Shown: one piece after another, positions 50,690 through 63,875 of the stretch | How the letters are laid out: every line of letters starts with the position of its first letter | Numbering within the stretch: position 1 is the stretch's first letter | From: Callorhinchus milii | Lineage: Eukaryota | Reading direction: 5' to 3' | DNA length: 64,000 nt | Assembly (NCBI RefSeq): GCF_018977255.1 | Contig: NW_024704742.1 | Coordinates: forward strand, 122,700,001-122,764,000 | Program-made: the position numbers and the translations under genes | Notes under the pieces: generated by a model | Database searches by the model: none | What the model saw: the letters and a program-made list of their open reading frames with translations, nothing else | Told to the model about the DNA's origin: nothing

Positions 50690-51221
50690 AGAATAAATTA
50701 GAATATACAGCACAGAAACAGGCCATTCGGCCCAACTGGTCTATGCCGGTGTTTATGCTCCACATGGGCCTCCTCCTGCCCTTCCTCAACTAAGCCTTCA
50801 AGCATAACCTTCTATTCCTTTCTCCCTCAGGTACCTATCTAGCTTTCCCTTAAGTACATCAATGTTATTTGCCTCAACAACTCCTTGTTCATGTTCCACA
50901 TTCCCACTATTCCCTGTGTGAAGAAATTTCTTCTAATTTCCATATTTGATCTATTTGTGACTATTTTATATTGATGTTCCCTTGGTTTTGGTTTCCCCCA
51001 CAAGTGGAAACATCTTCCCTATGTCTACCCTATCAAAACCTTTCATCATTTTAAAGACCTCTATCAGGTCACCCCTTACCCTCCGCTTTTTAAGAGAAAA
51101 GAGTCCAAGTATGTTCAGCCTTTCCTGATAGGTATAATCTCTCAGTTCCGTGATCATCCTTTGCACCCTCTCCAGTGCCTCTACATCCCTTCTATAATAT
51201 GGAGACCAGCACTGTACACAG
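50690..51221 (-). mobile_element. CR1 3' fragment
   Basis: YQERLNILGLFSLKKRRVRGDLIEVFK; 3' UTR acagcacagaaacaggccattcggccc. Confidence 0.9.
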
Positions 51222-51802
51222 CTCCTTTAAAATCTTTTAAAGGAAGATTAAAATCCACCTTTAAAGGATTTGAAAGGAATTAAAATCCTTTTCATTATTA
51301 TTAATAATAATACATCTGTCCAAACAAAGAATCCTCTGACAAATTCATCACAAATAGTGGCTTGGTGGAATTTTCAATCAGGACAGTGTGAAGGAGCTGA
51401 ATGAGTATCAGTGAAGTGTGAACCTGGGTGTTCAGTGATTGTGTCTGTTCAATTATGTGTCTCAGAAATGACATCACTTGTGCCAAAGCGTCACACCTCA
51501 AACACCAACCTGTGTTAGACACTGATCGCACTGGCTGCTTTTATTTCATGTTTTTTTCATTTCTTTTCTCTTTATCCTCATTCATGTCACCATTCAAATA
51601 TTCACAATATTCCGAAGCAGAAGAAAAAGTTACTAGAAATTAATGTGATGTATATTGAAACACTGCTTATCTGAATTCTTTCTAATAGAAAGAATAATAC
51701 TTACATTTGATGTAGCTTCTATGTCATGAGGTCATCTCAAGGTGCTTCACAGGATTTTACTGTAAAGTGTAGTGACTGTGTATTTTGTTGGCGAACATGG
51801 CA

Positions 51803-52092
51803 ACCAACAACAACAACAAGATTCCATTGATAGAGCGCCTTTCACGTCCCAAGGCGCTGTACAGTTGGGTCAGGACCTGAGCAGGGGGGAAATGGTCAGG
51901 GGGAGGGAAGGGAGGGAGCGAGGAGGGTGGAAATGGTCAGGGTGAGGGGAGGGAAGGGAGGGAGCGAGGAGGGGGTAGAGAGTCGAGAGGGGAGCTGAAG
52001 GCACGGTCAAAGAGAAAGGTCTTGAGACCGGCCTTGAAGGAGGAAAGGGAGGAGGCAAGGCGAAGGCACTGGGGGATAGAGTTCCAGAGCCA
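51803..52092 (-). mobile_element. Young L2 3' end with an internal tandem duplication
   Basis: Same 3' UTR as 15600-15836; ggaaatggtcaggg...gagcgaggaggg occurs twice. Confidence 0.88.
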
Positions 52093-53547
52093 GAACCAGT
52101 GTGAACTAAACAATATCTCACAAACAATTTTGAGTGAATGAGCATTTTTTTATTTTAGTGAACTGTGGGCAGAACTGCAGGAAAAACTGCCTTTCCTTTT
52201 CTGCCTACTCTGACTTAGTTGAGAGTGTTAACAACTCGTCCAGGTTGACACCTTTTGGTTATCTGCAATCACCTGATAACTTAACTTCCAGTTCTCAACC
52301 CCTCCCCAATTCAACTCTCTCCTCTCATCAACTCAGCTTCTGTCTCTCAACCGATTCTCAACTCAACTCTTCTCAACCCCTGGATGGTCCAGCGTCTTGG
52401 GACATTCTCCTGACGTGAGGGCCCTATATAAATGTAAACTTGTTTTTATTGTAAAAAGTATCACAAGATCTTTAGCATCCAGCTGAAGAGGCACCTTTTG
52501 GTTATCTGCAATCCTCAGTTTAATGTATCACCCAAAGTAAAGCACCTCTGATAATACAGCAGACCCCTATATTATGTGCTCCTGACATGGGGGGATCTGA
52601 TCCTAAAATTTTCTAATCCAGAGGTGAGGATGTAGCCAAACTGACACCATGTCTGAACATGTAGATTTGCAGCAACAATTAGCATAAAGGAATAGAAATG
52701 CTAATGGGTCCTGTGGAATGAGCACCATTGTGGATCAACATAACAGTGAAAAATAGAAATAAAACATCTCAGACAATAAAGCTGTGAAATTTCACCCAGG
52801 CCCCTGAGGGTGAACATGAGTGAAACTCCAGAAGGCTTATTTTATATAGATACCTGCATTATTTGGCTTTCATCAGACACATTCCACAGGTGACATTTCA
52901 ACAGCGCCAGCAGCAGGGGAGCAGCTTGCGCACAAAGCATTACCTACACCATTCTTGGCACTCACTAACAAGGTTGGGAAGAGTTTAACTGTTAACATTC
53001 AACAGATTCCTTGGCATTGGTGTTTCTAACCTTGCTAAGAGAAACAATATACAAGATTCCATACTAAAAGATTATTATCTGGCTGGCCTATACTGATCAA
53101 GAGGTGAACGAATGTGCTTTTGGTAGCATAAAGATGTATTTTAAACTCATAGGTTGACCTGTTGATGTTAATTATCACTGATAATTATTGCCATATTATT
53201 GATAAATACAGTCAATGAGGCCAGTTGATAACTAAAGACCTGCTGTGGGCGTGACTCCGCCAACTCTATCATAATGGTTTGGTACAAAACAGGTGGTTCA
53301 CAGGATAACAACCTAATATAATAACTTTACAATAACTTATTATAACTTTTTATACCAATTTAACTCAAATGTGTTTGTTGAGCTAAGTTAATATCAGGAT
53401 GGGCGGAGGGCAGGGAGGATAGGGGTAGGAGGGTGACCTAAGCACAGTTGAAAGAGGCAAGGGAGGGAGGGAGGCGAAGGGACAGTGGGTTGGAGTTCCA
53501 AAGGGTGAGTGCAGAGAGGCTGAAGGCTCATATATTGAACAGCAGTA

Positions 53548-53941
53548 AAAAATAATCCTTGCATTTGATATAGCACCTTATCACATCTTCGAGATGTCTC
53601 AAAGCGCTTCACAGAATATACTGTGAAGTAAATTGACTGTATAATTTGTGTGCAAAACACAGCGGTCAATTGTGCACAGCAGTGTCCCACAGACAGTCGT
53701 GGATTGAGTGACCAAATTATTATAATTTTTTATTTTGAAGGGTTTATTACCCCCGGAAAAGCAATCCGCCAATCGACTAACCACTGGGTTCCAACTTACT
53801 GCTAGGTAAATAGAGACGTGTGGAGTAAGGACACTTGCCCAATGTTTCGTCCCGCTGGGAATCGAATCCAGGTCCTCTCACTTACTCTACTTACTTACTT
53901 ACTTACTTACACTTGCTCTAACTACTAAGCTACAGGACTCC
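53548..53941 (-). mobile_element. tRNA-derived SINE, long form, with a (CTTA)n expansion in the head
   Basis: Extra segment present; microsatellite at about 53881-53910. Confidence 0.9.
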
Positions 53942-54561
53942 ACATAATGACAATAATGGTAATGACTGAAGACTTTTATGCAGCTTCGGGTCAAACCATT
54001 GTTCAAAGTCAATAGAGTTCGGAACACAATTTTCAGCAATATGATTATATCATACATCATATTTTCATATCTATACCTGTGTATCCTTTATTTTTAGTTA
54101 CAATTTTAAGATTTTAAAGCTTTGTCAACCATAGTTTTACTCAGTACATAATATGTAAAACAGGGAGTGAAACACGCAGAACGGTACCCTTGTAACCTTT
54201 TTATATAAAATTGTTCCCACAGTGAACTGTTTCATTCCTATGATGTAAAAAAATGCAGTCAAGATTCAAATTAAATGCATGGATGGTTATGACATCTATC
54301 TGAAACAGAAGAATCCAGCCAGTCAAGTTCAGACAACTATAAATATTCAGAGTTACGTCCGAAGAGAGCTTTACATAAATGGGTGTGAATGATAATGGAT
54401 CACCTTCATAATAGAGCTCTTCCCCATCTCTTTGACCTGATATTACCCCATTCTTCTGCCTGCCCCCTTCTCTCAGCTAATACTATTAGTGCTGCATACA
54501 GTAGTTCTGTAGCAACAACAACAAGATTACATTTGTATAGTGCCTTTCACGTAGGGAAGAC

Positions 54562-54800
54562 TTCTGTAGCAGTATTGCTTAGAGCACTCGCCTTGCAAGC
54601 GAGAGAACCTGTGTTTGATTCCCACGTGGGGCGAAACATTAGGCAATTTTCCTTACTCCACACGTCTTTGTTTATCTAGTAGTAAGTAGGAACCCAAGTG
54701 TTAGTCGATTGGTGGATCGCTTTTCCGGGGGTAATAAACCCTTCAAAATAAAAAATAGGCATGATAAGGCGCTATATCAAATGCAAGGATTATTATTATT
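54562..54800 (+). mobile_element. tRNA-derived SINE, long form, body deleted
   Basis: Head and extra segment joined directly to the tail. Confidence 0.82.
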
Positions 54801-55939
54801 ATAATTATTATATATACCCCAACCCTGCTGCACCACCATCAGTGGCCATGCCATCAGCCACTACACCCCTAACTCTGGAACTCCCTGCCTCAATCCCTCC
54901 ACCTCTCCCCCTTGTTATCTATCTTTAAAGAGTTATATATGATGCTAATTTAAACACAGAAGTCAACCTGAAACGTTTAGAAATGTTAAGGCAACAAGAC
55001 AAGGTTCAGGGTAATAAAGGGCAATTTGAGGACAGATACCAAAAAGTATGTCTTTACACAAAGGGCAATCGGCACCTGCCTCGAATGGGACCAAGAAAGG
55101 TGATTGGGGCCAGGACACTGGACTGAAATAAGAAACAGTTTTGTATTATTGTTACACATGGTATCAGATCAAATAGGCCAAAGGGTCTTCTTTATTTAAA
55201 TGTGTTATGTCATATCCATTCCTTCCCTTATGAAATAAGTGTTATACATCCAATGAGTCAGGCGGGTCGTATAGCTATTTCACCAGGGAAGGATGGTGCA
55301 TTGTAACCCCATAGAGCTGACTGGGCCAGACTGTGAGTAAGTGACTATGGTGTAACTTCCTACCTCCAGGTTGTATAAATCATCGGTTAGCCTCTGTATA
55401 GAGACTTAGCTCATCTCATAAAACAATATGTTTGAATCATACCTAAAGTTGCTGTGATGTCATATATAAACTAAATCCTTATCACCGTTGTGATGTGTGT
55501 AACGTATTTCTTACAGGAAATAAAAACCCTGATATTTAAAATTACAAAGCAAGAAAATATATTTCACAGGAAAGCGCTCACTTCAGTTTATCCCAATTGC
55601 AGGTGTTCCTTGTGTTTCAAGAATGCCTCTTTCTGTAGTTTGTTTGTTTCTAAATAGAAGAATGGGCCAAGCCATTATAAAACATCAAGTGACATTGCTA
55701 AGCCATTGTGGCATAGGAAGTAGGAACATAATTGAAAATATACTGAGCGATGTGGGTGAGATGGTGAACAGGATATTGCAGAGTATGAACTCATATCCAA
55801 TTATAATGGGAAAGTACCATTATAGTGGAATACATGCACTTTTGGATCCATCCATTTACTTTTTCAGGTGGAACAATAACAACAAATTATATTTGTACAG
55901 CACCTTTCATATTAGGAGGATGTCCCAAGGCACTGGAAA

Positions 55940-56170
55940 GTTTAAAGATCTCTTGCACTACTTGAAAAGTGCAGGGAGTTTCTCCCGGTGTCCTGGCCAA
56001 CAATCCCCCAAATAAAATTGGTCATTTACTTCATGTCTGTGTGCCAATTGCCTGTTTGCCTACAAAAAAATACAGTCACTACACTTTGCAGTAAATCCTT
56101 TGAGGTGCTTTGACATATCTCAAAGACATGACTTGACAAGGCATTATATCAAATGCAAGGATTGTTATTG
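55940..56170 (+). mobile_element. Deu-type SINE 3' half
   Basis: gggagtttctcccggtgtcctggccaac through the tail. Confidence 0.75.
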
Positions 56171-56764
56171 AGTTTGCAATAGATTATCCAGGAAAGGAGT
56201 TTTCATAAGATTATAAACAATAACAACAACAAATTTATATAGCGCCCTTCACGGAAGGACTGAGGAAGAGTTCCAAAGCTTCGGGGCATAGTGGCTGAAA
56301 GTACAAGAACATTTATAATATTGAGCAATACTACTTAAATCTTTCTTCCTTGTTCTTAAGTTTTTGTTTCATTTTTTGATTTGTTATCTTGTGTAGCACC
56401 TTTCAGTTTTTCTCTTCCAGTACAACCTCCCCTTCCCCCTCCTACACAATGTTCTTAGCAATTATCTAGCCTCTTGCCCCTCCTTTTCCAGGATATCTTC
56501 TGTTTTGTCATTTCTAAATATTTATCCCTGCTTTGGAAAATACTGCCTTCTGCATTTTGGGGAATTCAGTCTTTATCATTTTGCGTTTCAGCTGATGTAC
56601 AATTTACATCTTCTGGTTGTCGTCCTTTTTTATTTTAATGATTATAGTCATGTCGGGTGATCTCAGCAGCTTACTCCAAGTGAGCTTTTGGAGGCACAGA
56701 GAGAGTTTTTTTTAAAAAGAGAGAAACAGCAAAGCAGGAACACCATGAATTCTTGGGGTTTTAA

Positions 56765-56829
56765 TGAATGATGGTGGTGAAGGGGTTTACCACCATCATT
56801 CACAAAGGGGTTCACCACCATCATTCACA
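56765..56829. repeat. Hairpin with a tandemly duplicated 3' arm
   Basis: tgaatgatggtggtgaa followed by two complementary arms within a 25-nt tandem unit. Confidence 0.85.
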
Positions 56830-57287
56830 CAGTTTATTGTTGGCCAAAAAACAGCTCAAACGCAAGGTGTCAATCGCAATTCTGAATATCACATTTTTAA
56901 ACCTAGTTTCTGAGAGTTTGGGGGAGTGGGGTTGGAAGAGCCTCCTAACTAAAGGAATGAGATGAGCTTTACTTAAGACTCAGAAATACATTGAATTTAA
57001 GGATTGAGTTAACAAATGATAACCAGTTGCAGATGGTTGCCAATAATGTTGAAGGAATGTCCGTACATTATTAAACATAGGAATACAGTGGAGAGCACCC
57101 ACATAATGCATAACATTTGGAATGAACCTGCTCCTGTAGCTCATATAACCTACAATAGATTGCACAATGAGAGGCAATGCAATTTGCCTGTGATATTTAT
57201 GATTGTTTTTCATAACTTGTGCAGTAATGTTTTAAATGTGTTGTATTTTCTGGCAACTTGCTTGTGGAGTCACTTTTCTAAACCTGT

Positions 57288-57610
57288 AATAATAATAATA
57301 ATAATCCTTGCATTTGATATAGCGCTTTTCACGTCGGGAGGACGTCCCAAAGAGCTTCACAGAACACACTGTAAAGTGAATTGACTGTATATTTGTGGGC
57401 GAACGCGGCAGCCAATTGCGCACAACAATGTCCCACAAACAGTCATGGATTGAAAATGACCAATTTATTATTGTTTTGGGTTTTGGAGGGATTATTATTA
57501 GGCTCTGTGTGGAGTAAGGAAACTTGCCCAAGGTTTCGCCCTCTGCCTGGAATTGAACTCAGGTCTCTCACTTGCAAAGCGAGTGCTCTAACCACTGAGC
57601 TACAGGACTC
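57288..57610 (-). mobile_element. Young tRNA-derived SINE, short form
   Basis: Intact copy. Confidence 0.95.
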
Positions 57611-57694
57611 AGTTTTCTCTTTTCTGTTTTCTCTTTCTACGAGGCACTGATTCACAGTGATAGAAAATATCAATCATCTCATACATCTGTGCAG

Positions 57695-57772
57695 TAAAAT
57701 ATTTTTTCCTGGTATAAATTGTTTTTATACTACTAAAATATTTTTTGCTGGTATAAATTGTTTTTATACTAC
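57695..57772 (+). repeat. 39-nt tandem duplication
   Basis: taaaatatttttt(c/g)ctggtataaattgtttttatactac occurs twice. Confidence 0.85.
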
Positions 57773-57997
57773 ATATAACTGCTTGGAAAGAAAACAGATT
57801 TCTACAGATTAAGCAAGCTTCATATATTTGTTTCAAACCTTAGGATGATTGAAATTATATGAAAGCAGCAATTTCATAAGTCATAATGATACAATATCTT
57901 TAATTATCAATAATATTCTATAAAATTTGCCTAAAATTTTGTAAACACGATGACTGTTTGGTGACTGCTGGCAAAATTGTCATTACCTTTATTATCT

Positions 57998-58180
57998 TTT
58001 GCCACCTTCACGACCCATCTCAAGATCCTCCTCTTCAACCGTGCTTTCGATCTCCCTACTTCCCCCCCAGCCCTCCACCCTCCCTGCCCCCCAGCTCGAG
58101 TCCGTAACTCTGTCTGTCCAGCGCCTTGGGACTTCCTCCCGACGTGAAAGGCGCTCTTCAAATGTAATTTTATTGTTGTT
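57998..58180 (+). mobile_element. L2 3' end (type A)
   Basis: cagcgccttgggacttcctcccgacgtgaaaggcgc. Confidence 0.85.
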
Positions 58181-60597
58181 ATCATTATGGGAGGGAATTT
58201 TGAAATTACTGCTGGGGAATTCCTAGGGACTGGTGGGGATTTTTTTCATTATTTCCATAACCATAGGAGTATGAGAAACAGATATGTAAATAGGACTGAA
58301 AGAATTGCTCTTAAAGGAGCTGACACAGACATGATAGGCCGAATAGCCTTTTTCTGTGCTGTAAATTTCTACGGCTTCAAGATAATTGCCCGTTTCAGTG
58401 CTCGCACATAACACTAGCCTCAACAATAGCATTTACAATTACTACAATAGTGCTGTACAGTCCATGTAAATCCTGATACGATTTGCTAACTTCATCAAGT
58501 CTGGACTGAATCAATAATTGTCCAGTTATGTGCGAAATCCTCCTCATAATGACTTTAGATATCATCAATTATTAAAACACTCCTGGCATTCATATGTCGC
58601 AAGCTGTCTCCTTGCTGTACCAAAGTTGCATTAAGAGCGCAATCAAGTACGAATTCCAAAACGCAGCATATATGACTGCACCATCAGGATTAACCGAATA
58701 ATCCAGATCAAGTCCTAGAAATAGGTACAGGAGGAGCCCCATCGAGCCTATGATAAACACATTGAAAGAATCTGAAAGAGCAAGTAATGATCAATTTTAT
58801 TACAGGGTAAAAATGCAGTATGATTTACAAAAGACTGTTTACTGGATTCATGACACAGAGGGGTTGTTCATGACATTTATGGGATATTGTTGTGCCCAAA
58901 ATAGCTGCTGAATTTGCCTATAAAATCCCGTCACTACACTTTACAATAAATCATAGAATCATACAGCACAGAAAGAGGCCATTCGGCCCATTGTGTCTAC
59001 GTCGGTTCCGAAACGAGCAATCCAACTCAATCCCACTGGTCCGCTATCTCTCCATAGCCCTGCTATCTTGTCCTCCCCAAATACCTATCTACTTCTCTCT
59101 TAAAAGCTGTTATTGAATCGGCTTCCACTATTCTTTCAGGTAATGCATTCCAGATCCGAACAATTCGCTGAGTGAAATTTTTTTTCCTAACCTCCCCTGT
59201 TTCTTTTAACAACTAACTGAAATCGGTGTTCTCAGGTTACTGACCCACATGCCAATGGAAATAGTTTTTCCCGGTTCAACCTATCAAATCTTCTCATGAT
59301 CTTGAAAACCTCTATTAAATCTCCTCTTAATCTTCTCGGTCTAGGGAGAATAATCCTAGTTTCACTAACCTCTTCTCATAACTAAGGTCCTTCATTCCTG
59401 GTACCATCCTGGTAAACCTTCTTTGCACCCTTTCCAATGCCCTAACATCTTTCCTAAAGTGCGGTGCCCAGAACTGAATGCAGTACTCAAACTGAGGCCT
59501 AACCAGCATTTTATAAATAATAAACATAACCTCCTGACTTTTGAATTCTATGCCCCCATTTATAAAACCTAGTATCCCGTATACTTTTTTAACAGCTTTG
59601 TCTACCTGTCCTGCCACCTTCAGAGATTTGCTGATGTGGACCCCCAGGTCTCTCTGTTCATTTGCCCCCTTTAAGATTGTACCATCAGCTTATACTGCCT
59701 CTCCTCATTCTTCTTACCAAAATGCAACACTTCGCATTTCTCCACAATAAACCTCATCTGCCACATTTCTGCCCATTTTACCAAGTTCTCTTGGAGGCTG
59801 GTGCTATCCTCCTCACCATTAAAACTTTTCCTAGCTTAGTCTCGTCCGCAAATTTGTAAATTGTGCTCCACACATCCAGGTCCAGATCATTAATATAAAT
59901 CAGAAAGAGCAGTGGTCCCAATACTGACCCCTGAGGGTCACCACCACACACCTCCCTCCAGTCAGAAAAGCAACCATTTACGACCACTCTCTGCTTTCTG
60001 TCTCCTAGCCAATTCTGGATGCATGTTGCCACAGCGCCTCTAATACCATGGGCTTCTATTTGGTTTATAAGTCTCTTATGTGGCACTTTGTCAAATGCCT
60101 TTTGAAAATCTAAATAAACTATGTCTACTGCACTACCTTCACCCACCCTCTCAGTCACTTCATCAAAAAAACTATTAGGTTTGTCAGACACGATCTGCCT
60201 TTAACAAATCCGTGTTGACTATCCTTTATTAAACCATATTTTTCTAAGTGAGAATTTATATGGTCCCAGATTATAGTCTCCAGAAGTTTCCCTACTACTG
60301 ATGTTAGGCTGATTGGCCTGTAGTTCTCAGGTTTATCCTTCTGCCCCTTTTTGTACAGCGGAGTAACATTTGCAACCTTCCAGTCCTCTGGCACCGCTCC
60401 AGGGTCCAAAGAGGATTGAAAGATTGTGGCCAGAGTCTCCACTATTTCCACCCTTGCTTCCCTCAGTAACCTAGGATGCATCCAGTCCAGACCATGTGAC
60501 TTATCTATGTTGAGCACCAACAGCCTTTTTAGTACCTCCTCTCCATTGATTTTTATCATATCCAATTTCTGTTCACACGCCTGCGATATTATGGCAT

Positions 60598-60910
60598 TAA
60601 TAAATAATCCTTGCATTTGATATAGCGCTTTTTACGACTTCTAGACGTCTCAAAGCGCTTCACAGAATATGCTGTAAAGTGAATTGACTGTATACTTGTG
60701 GGCAAAACACGGCAGCCAATTGCGCACAGCGGTGTCCCATAAACAGTCTTGGATTGAAAATGACCAATTTATTATTGTTTTTTGTTTTGGAGGGATTATT
60801 ATTAGGCATGTGGAGTAAGGAAACTTGCCAAAGGTTTCGTCCTGCCTGGAATTGAACTCAGGTCTCTTGCTTGCAAGGCGAGTGCTCTAACCACTGAGCT
60901 ACAGGACTCC
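60598..60910 (-). mobile_element. tRNA-derived SINE nested in CR1 ORF2
   Basis: Full reverse copy. Confidence 0.95.
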
Positions 60911-61997
60911 GTAGCTCCGATTGGTTACATTGTCTACTTTTGTGAAGACAATTGCAAAGTACTTATTTAGTACATCAGCCACGCCCTCTGCCTCAACAAG
61001 AAGATTTCCAATAGGGCCCCTAATTGGACCCACCCTACCTTTGACTAACCTTTTACTCTTGATATGCTTATAAAATACCTTAGGGTTCCCTTTTATGATT
61101 CCTGCTAATCTTTTCTCGTACAATCTGTTTGCCCCTCTTATTTCCCTTTTCACTTCTCCTCTGTACTTCCTATATTCTATTTGATTATCCTGTGTGTTTT
61201 GGACCTGACATTCGTCATAAGCCTTCTTTTTCTGTTTTATTTTAATCCCAATTTCCTTAGTCATCCAGGGAGGTTTGATTGTCCTAACTTTCCCCTTTGT
61301 GGGAATGTATTTGCTCTGTTCCTGAACTATCTCCTCCTTGAAGGCTTTCCATTGTTCGTTTGCTGTCTTACCTGCCAATCTTTCTTTCCAATCTATCTTG
61401 GCCAGGTCCCTTTTTAGCTCACTGAAATTAGCCCGCTTCCAGTTGAGGGTCTTTACCTGTGATTGTTGTTGTTCTTTTCCATAACTATTCTAAACCTAAT
61501 GGCATTGTGATCACTGTTGTCCAGATGCTCTCCTAATGAAACCTGCTCCACTTGCCCCACTTTATTTCCCAGAACTAAATCCAGCACTGCTTCCTTCCTT
61601 GTTGGGCTGGAAACATACTGATCCAGAAAGTTCTCCTACACACATTTCAGAAATTCCTCCTCTTCCTTGCCCTTTACACTGTGTGTTTCCCAGTCTATGT
61701 TAAGATAATTGAAGTCCCTCATTATCACTACTCTACTGGTTTTGCATCTTTCTGAAATCTGCTTGCAGATTTGCTCATCTATCTCCTTCCCACTATTTGG
61801 AGGTCTATAGTAAATACCTAACAGAGTAACAGCTCCTTTTCTGCACCGTAACTCTAACCAAATAGATTCAGGTTTTGGACCCTCTAACACATTGTCCTTT
61901 TCCAGGACTGTGACCGTGTCCCTAATGAGTATTGGCATCCCTCCTCCTTTTTTCCCTTCCATATCCCTCCTGACTAGGATGTAGCCAGGAATATTGT

Positions 61998-62320
61998 GGA
62001 GTCCTGTAGCTCATTGGTTAGAGCACTCGCCTTGCAAGTGAGACACCTGGGTTCAATTCCAGGCAGGATAAAACCTTGGGCAAGTTACCTTACTCCACAC
62101 GCCTAATAATAACCCCTCCAAAATAAAACAATAATAAATTGGTCATTTTCAATCCACGACTGTTTGTGGGACACTGCTGTGTGCAATTGGCTGCCGCGTT
62201 TCACCCACAAACATACAGTCAATTCACTTTACAGCATATTCTGTGAAGCCCTTTGAGACGTCTAGAAAACAAGAAAAGCGCTATATCAAATGCAAGGATT
62301 ATTATTATTATTATTATTAT
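61998..62320 (+). mobile_element. tRNA-derived SINE nested in the CR1 endonuclease domain
   Basis: Removing it restores EWELYIPGY. Confidence 0.95.
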
Positions 62321-62610
62321 ATACAGCTCCCATTCCTGTCCTTGCTTGAGCCAAGTCTCCGTAATTGCCACTACATCATAGCCCCATGCGGCAACTTGAG
62401 CCTGCAGCTCACCAAGCTTATTGGTCACACTCCATGCATTTACACACATGCACTCCAAGACCAGCTTAATCCGCTCTACATTTCTCCCCCATCTCTTTCC
62501 ACTTTTTGCTGGACTATTCCTTGTTTCATTTCTATGTATCTCTTCTCATCCACTATGTAACTTGTTTCACCTCCCTGATGCTGCATTCTGATCCCCATCC
62601 CTCCTCGAAA

Positions 62611-63556
62611 TCAGTTTAAACATTTCCCCACAGCATTTGTTATCCTTGTTGTGATGACATTGGTCCCAGCCCTGCTCAGGTGTAACCCATCCTTCGTGTA
62701 TAGGTACCATCTGCCCCAGAAGTGGTCCCAGTGGTTTAGAAAACTGAAGCCCTTCTTCCTGCACCATTTATCCAGCCAGGCATTCATGTGTTTGATCCTC
62801 CCGGTTTGGTATTCACTTGCATAAGGCATTGGGAGTAATTCTAAGATCACCACCATTGAGGGCTCTTTAGCTTCTTTCCAAGCTTCTGATATTCTCCCTG
62901 TAGGGTCTCAGCCCTTTTACCACCTATATCATGGATACCAACGTGGACTACAACTTCCGGATTTTCCCCTTCCTCCTGTAGTATATTTTGCACCCATTCC
63001 GTGACGTCATGCACCCTGGCCCCAGGGAGGCAGCATACCATGCATGAGTCCCGTCTTTTATGTCAGAAATGCCTGTCTATCCCTTTAACTGTTGTATCAC
63101 CAATAACAACAGTGTTGGCATTTTTCCCCTTGTCCATCTGAATATCTATTACCTTTTGATAATTACCTTCTCGCCAGAGGCGTCCTCACCAGTATCCAGT
63201 ACTGAGAACCGGTTTGTGAGTGCCTCACTTTTAGGAGATTTCCGTACTGCCTATTCTTTTTTTGCTCCAAGTCGGATGGTCACTCACTCACCTTCTTCTG
63301 AGCCCTCTGTTTAGCTGGGGTGACCACTTCCTGAACTCTCTGTAGCTGTGGGGTGACCACCTCCTGAAAAGTTCGATCCATAAATTCTTCAGCCTCTCAT
63401 ATCCTATGTAGTGACTGCAGCCTCTCCTTAAGCTCAGCGAGTCTGAGCTCAAGCAGCCGAAGGCACTTCCTACACACGTGTTTGTCCAGAACACATGAAC
63501 CGTCCTGAAGTTCCCACATGGCACACAGTGTGCATGGAACAGTTCTGCCCTGCCAG
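62611..63556 (-). pseudogene. CR1 ORF1 (zinc finger/leucine zipper plus SGNH esterase-like domain), degenerate
   Basis: CTLCAMWE...HVCRKCLRLLELRLAEL; CCLPGARVHDV, VVVHVGIHD, DGLHLS motifs. Confidence 0.88.
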
Positions 63557-63669
63557 GTTTTCAGACATGTTTTGTAACATACCTCAACAGTTTTGGGGTA
63601 AATAGGAGTGCTAAGCTATACCCCCCGACATGAAAGATACAATATCAAATGAAAGGATTATTATTGTTG

Positions 63670-63875
63670 TTAAATTGTGGAATGCTCTGCCCGGAGCAAC
63701 AGTTGAGTCAGGATCCAAATCTGCTTTCAAGGGGGAATTAAATAGTTATGTAAAGATTTTCAGGAGTATGGCGAAAAGGTAGGTAAATGGAACTGGATGG
63801 ATTGCTCTTCCAAAGAGCCAGCACAGACACAATGGGCCAAATGACTTTCTTCTATGCTGTGATTCTATAGTTCTA
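63670..63875 (+). mobile_element. CR1 3' end
   Basis: tgtggaatgctctgccc...gccagcacagacacaatgggccaaatg...attctatagttcta. Confidence 0.82.

Larger units (their letters stand above)
59150..62458 (-). pseudogene. CR1 ORF2 (APE endonuclease plus reverse transcriptase), frameshifted
   Basis: YDVVAITETWL, YYRPPN, DFNYLNIDW, NYRPISLTSVVGKLLE, QHGF, YLDFQKAFDKVPH, PQGSVLGPLLF, FADE in place of FADD, RPQFEYCIQFW. Confidence 0.93.
58949..63560 (-). mobile_element. Near-full-length, inactive CR1 LINE
   Basis: ORF1, ORF2 and 3' UTR are collinear; 3' end catagaat-type repeat at about 58950; two nested SINEs. Confidence 0.95.

Noticed and set aside
55623..56015. 130-aa ORF
   Set aside because: Runs through L2 and Deu SINE fragments; no domain
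3736..62320. CRISPR-like recurrence of a palindromic repeat
   Set aside because: The repeats are dispersed SINE/L2 stem-loops in eukaryotic DNA, with no regular spacers or cas genes
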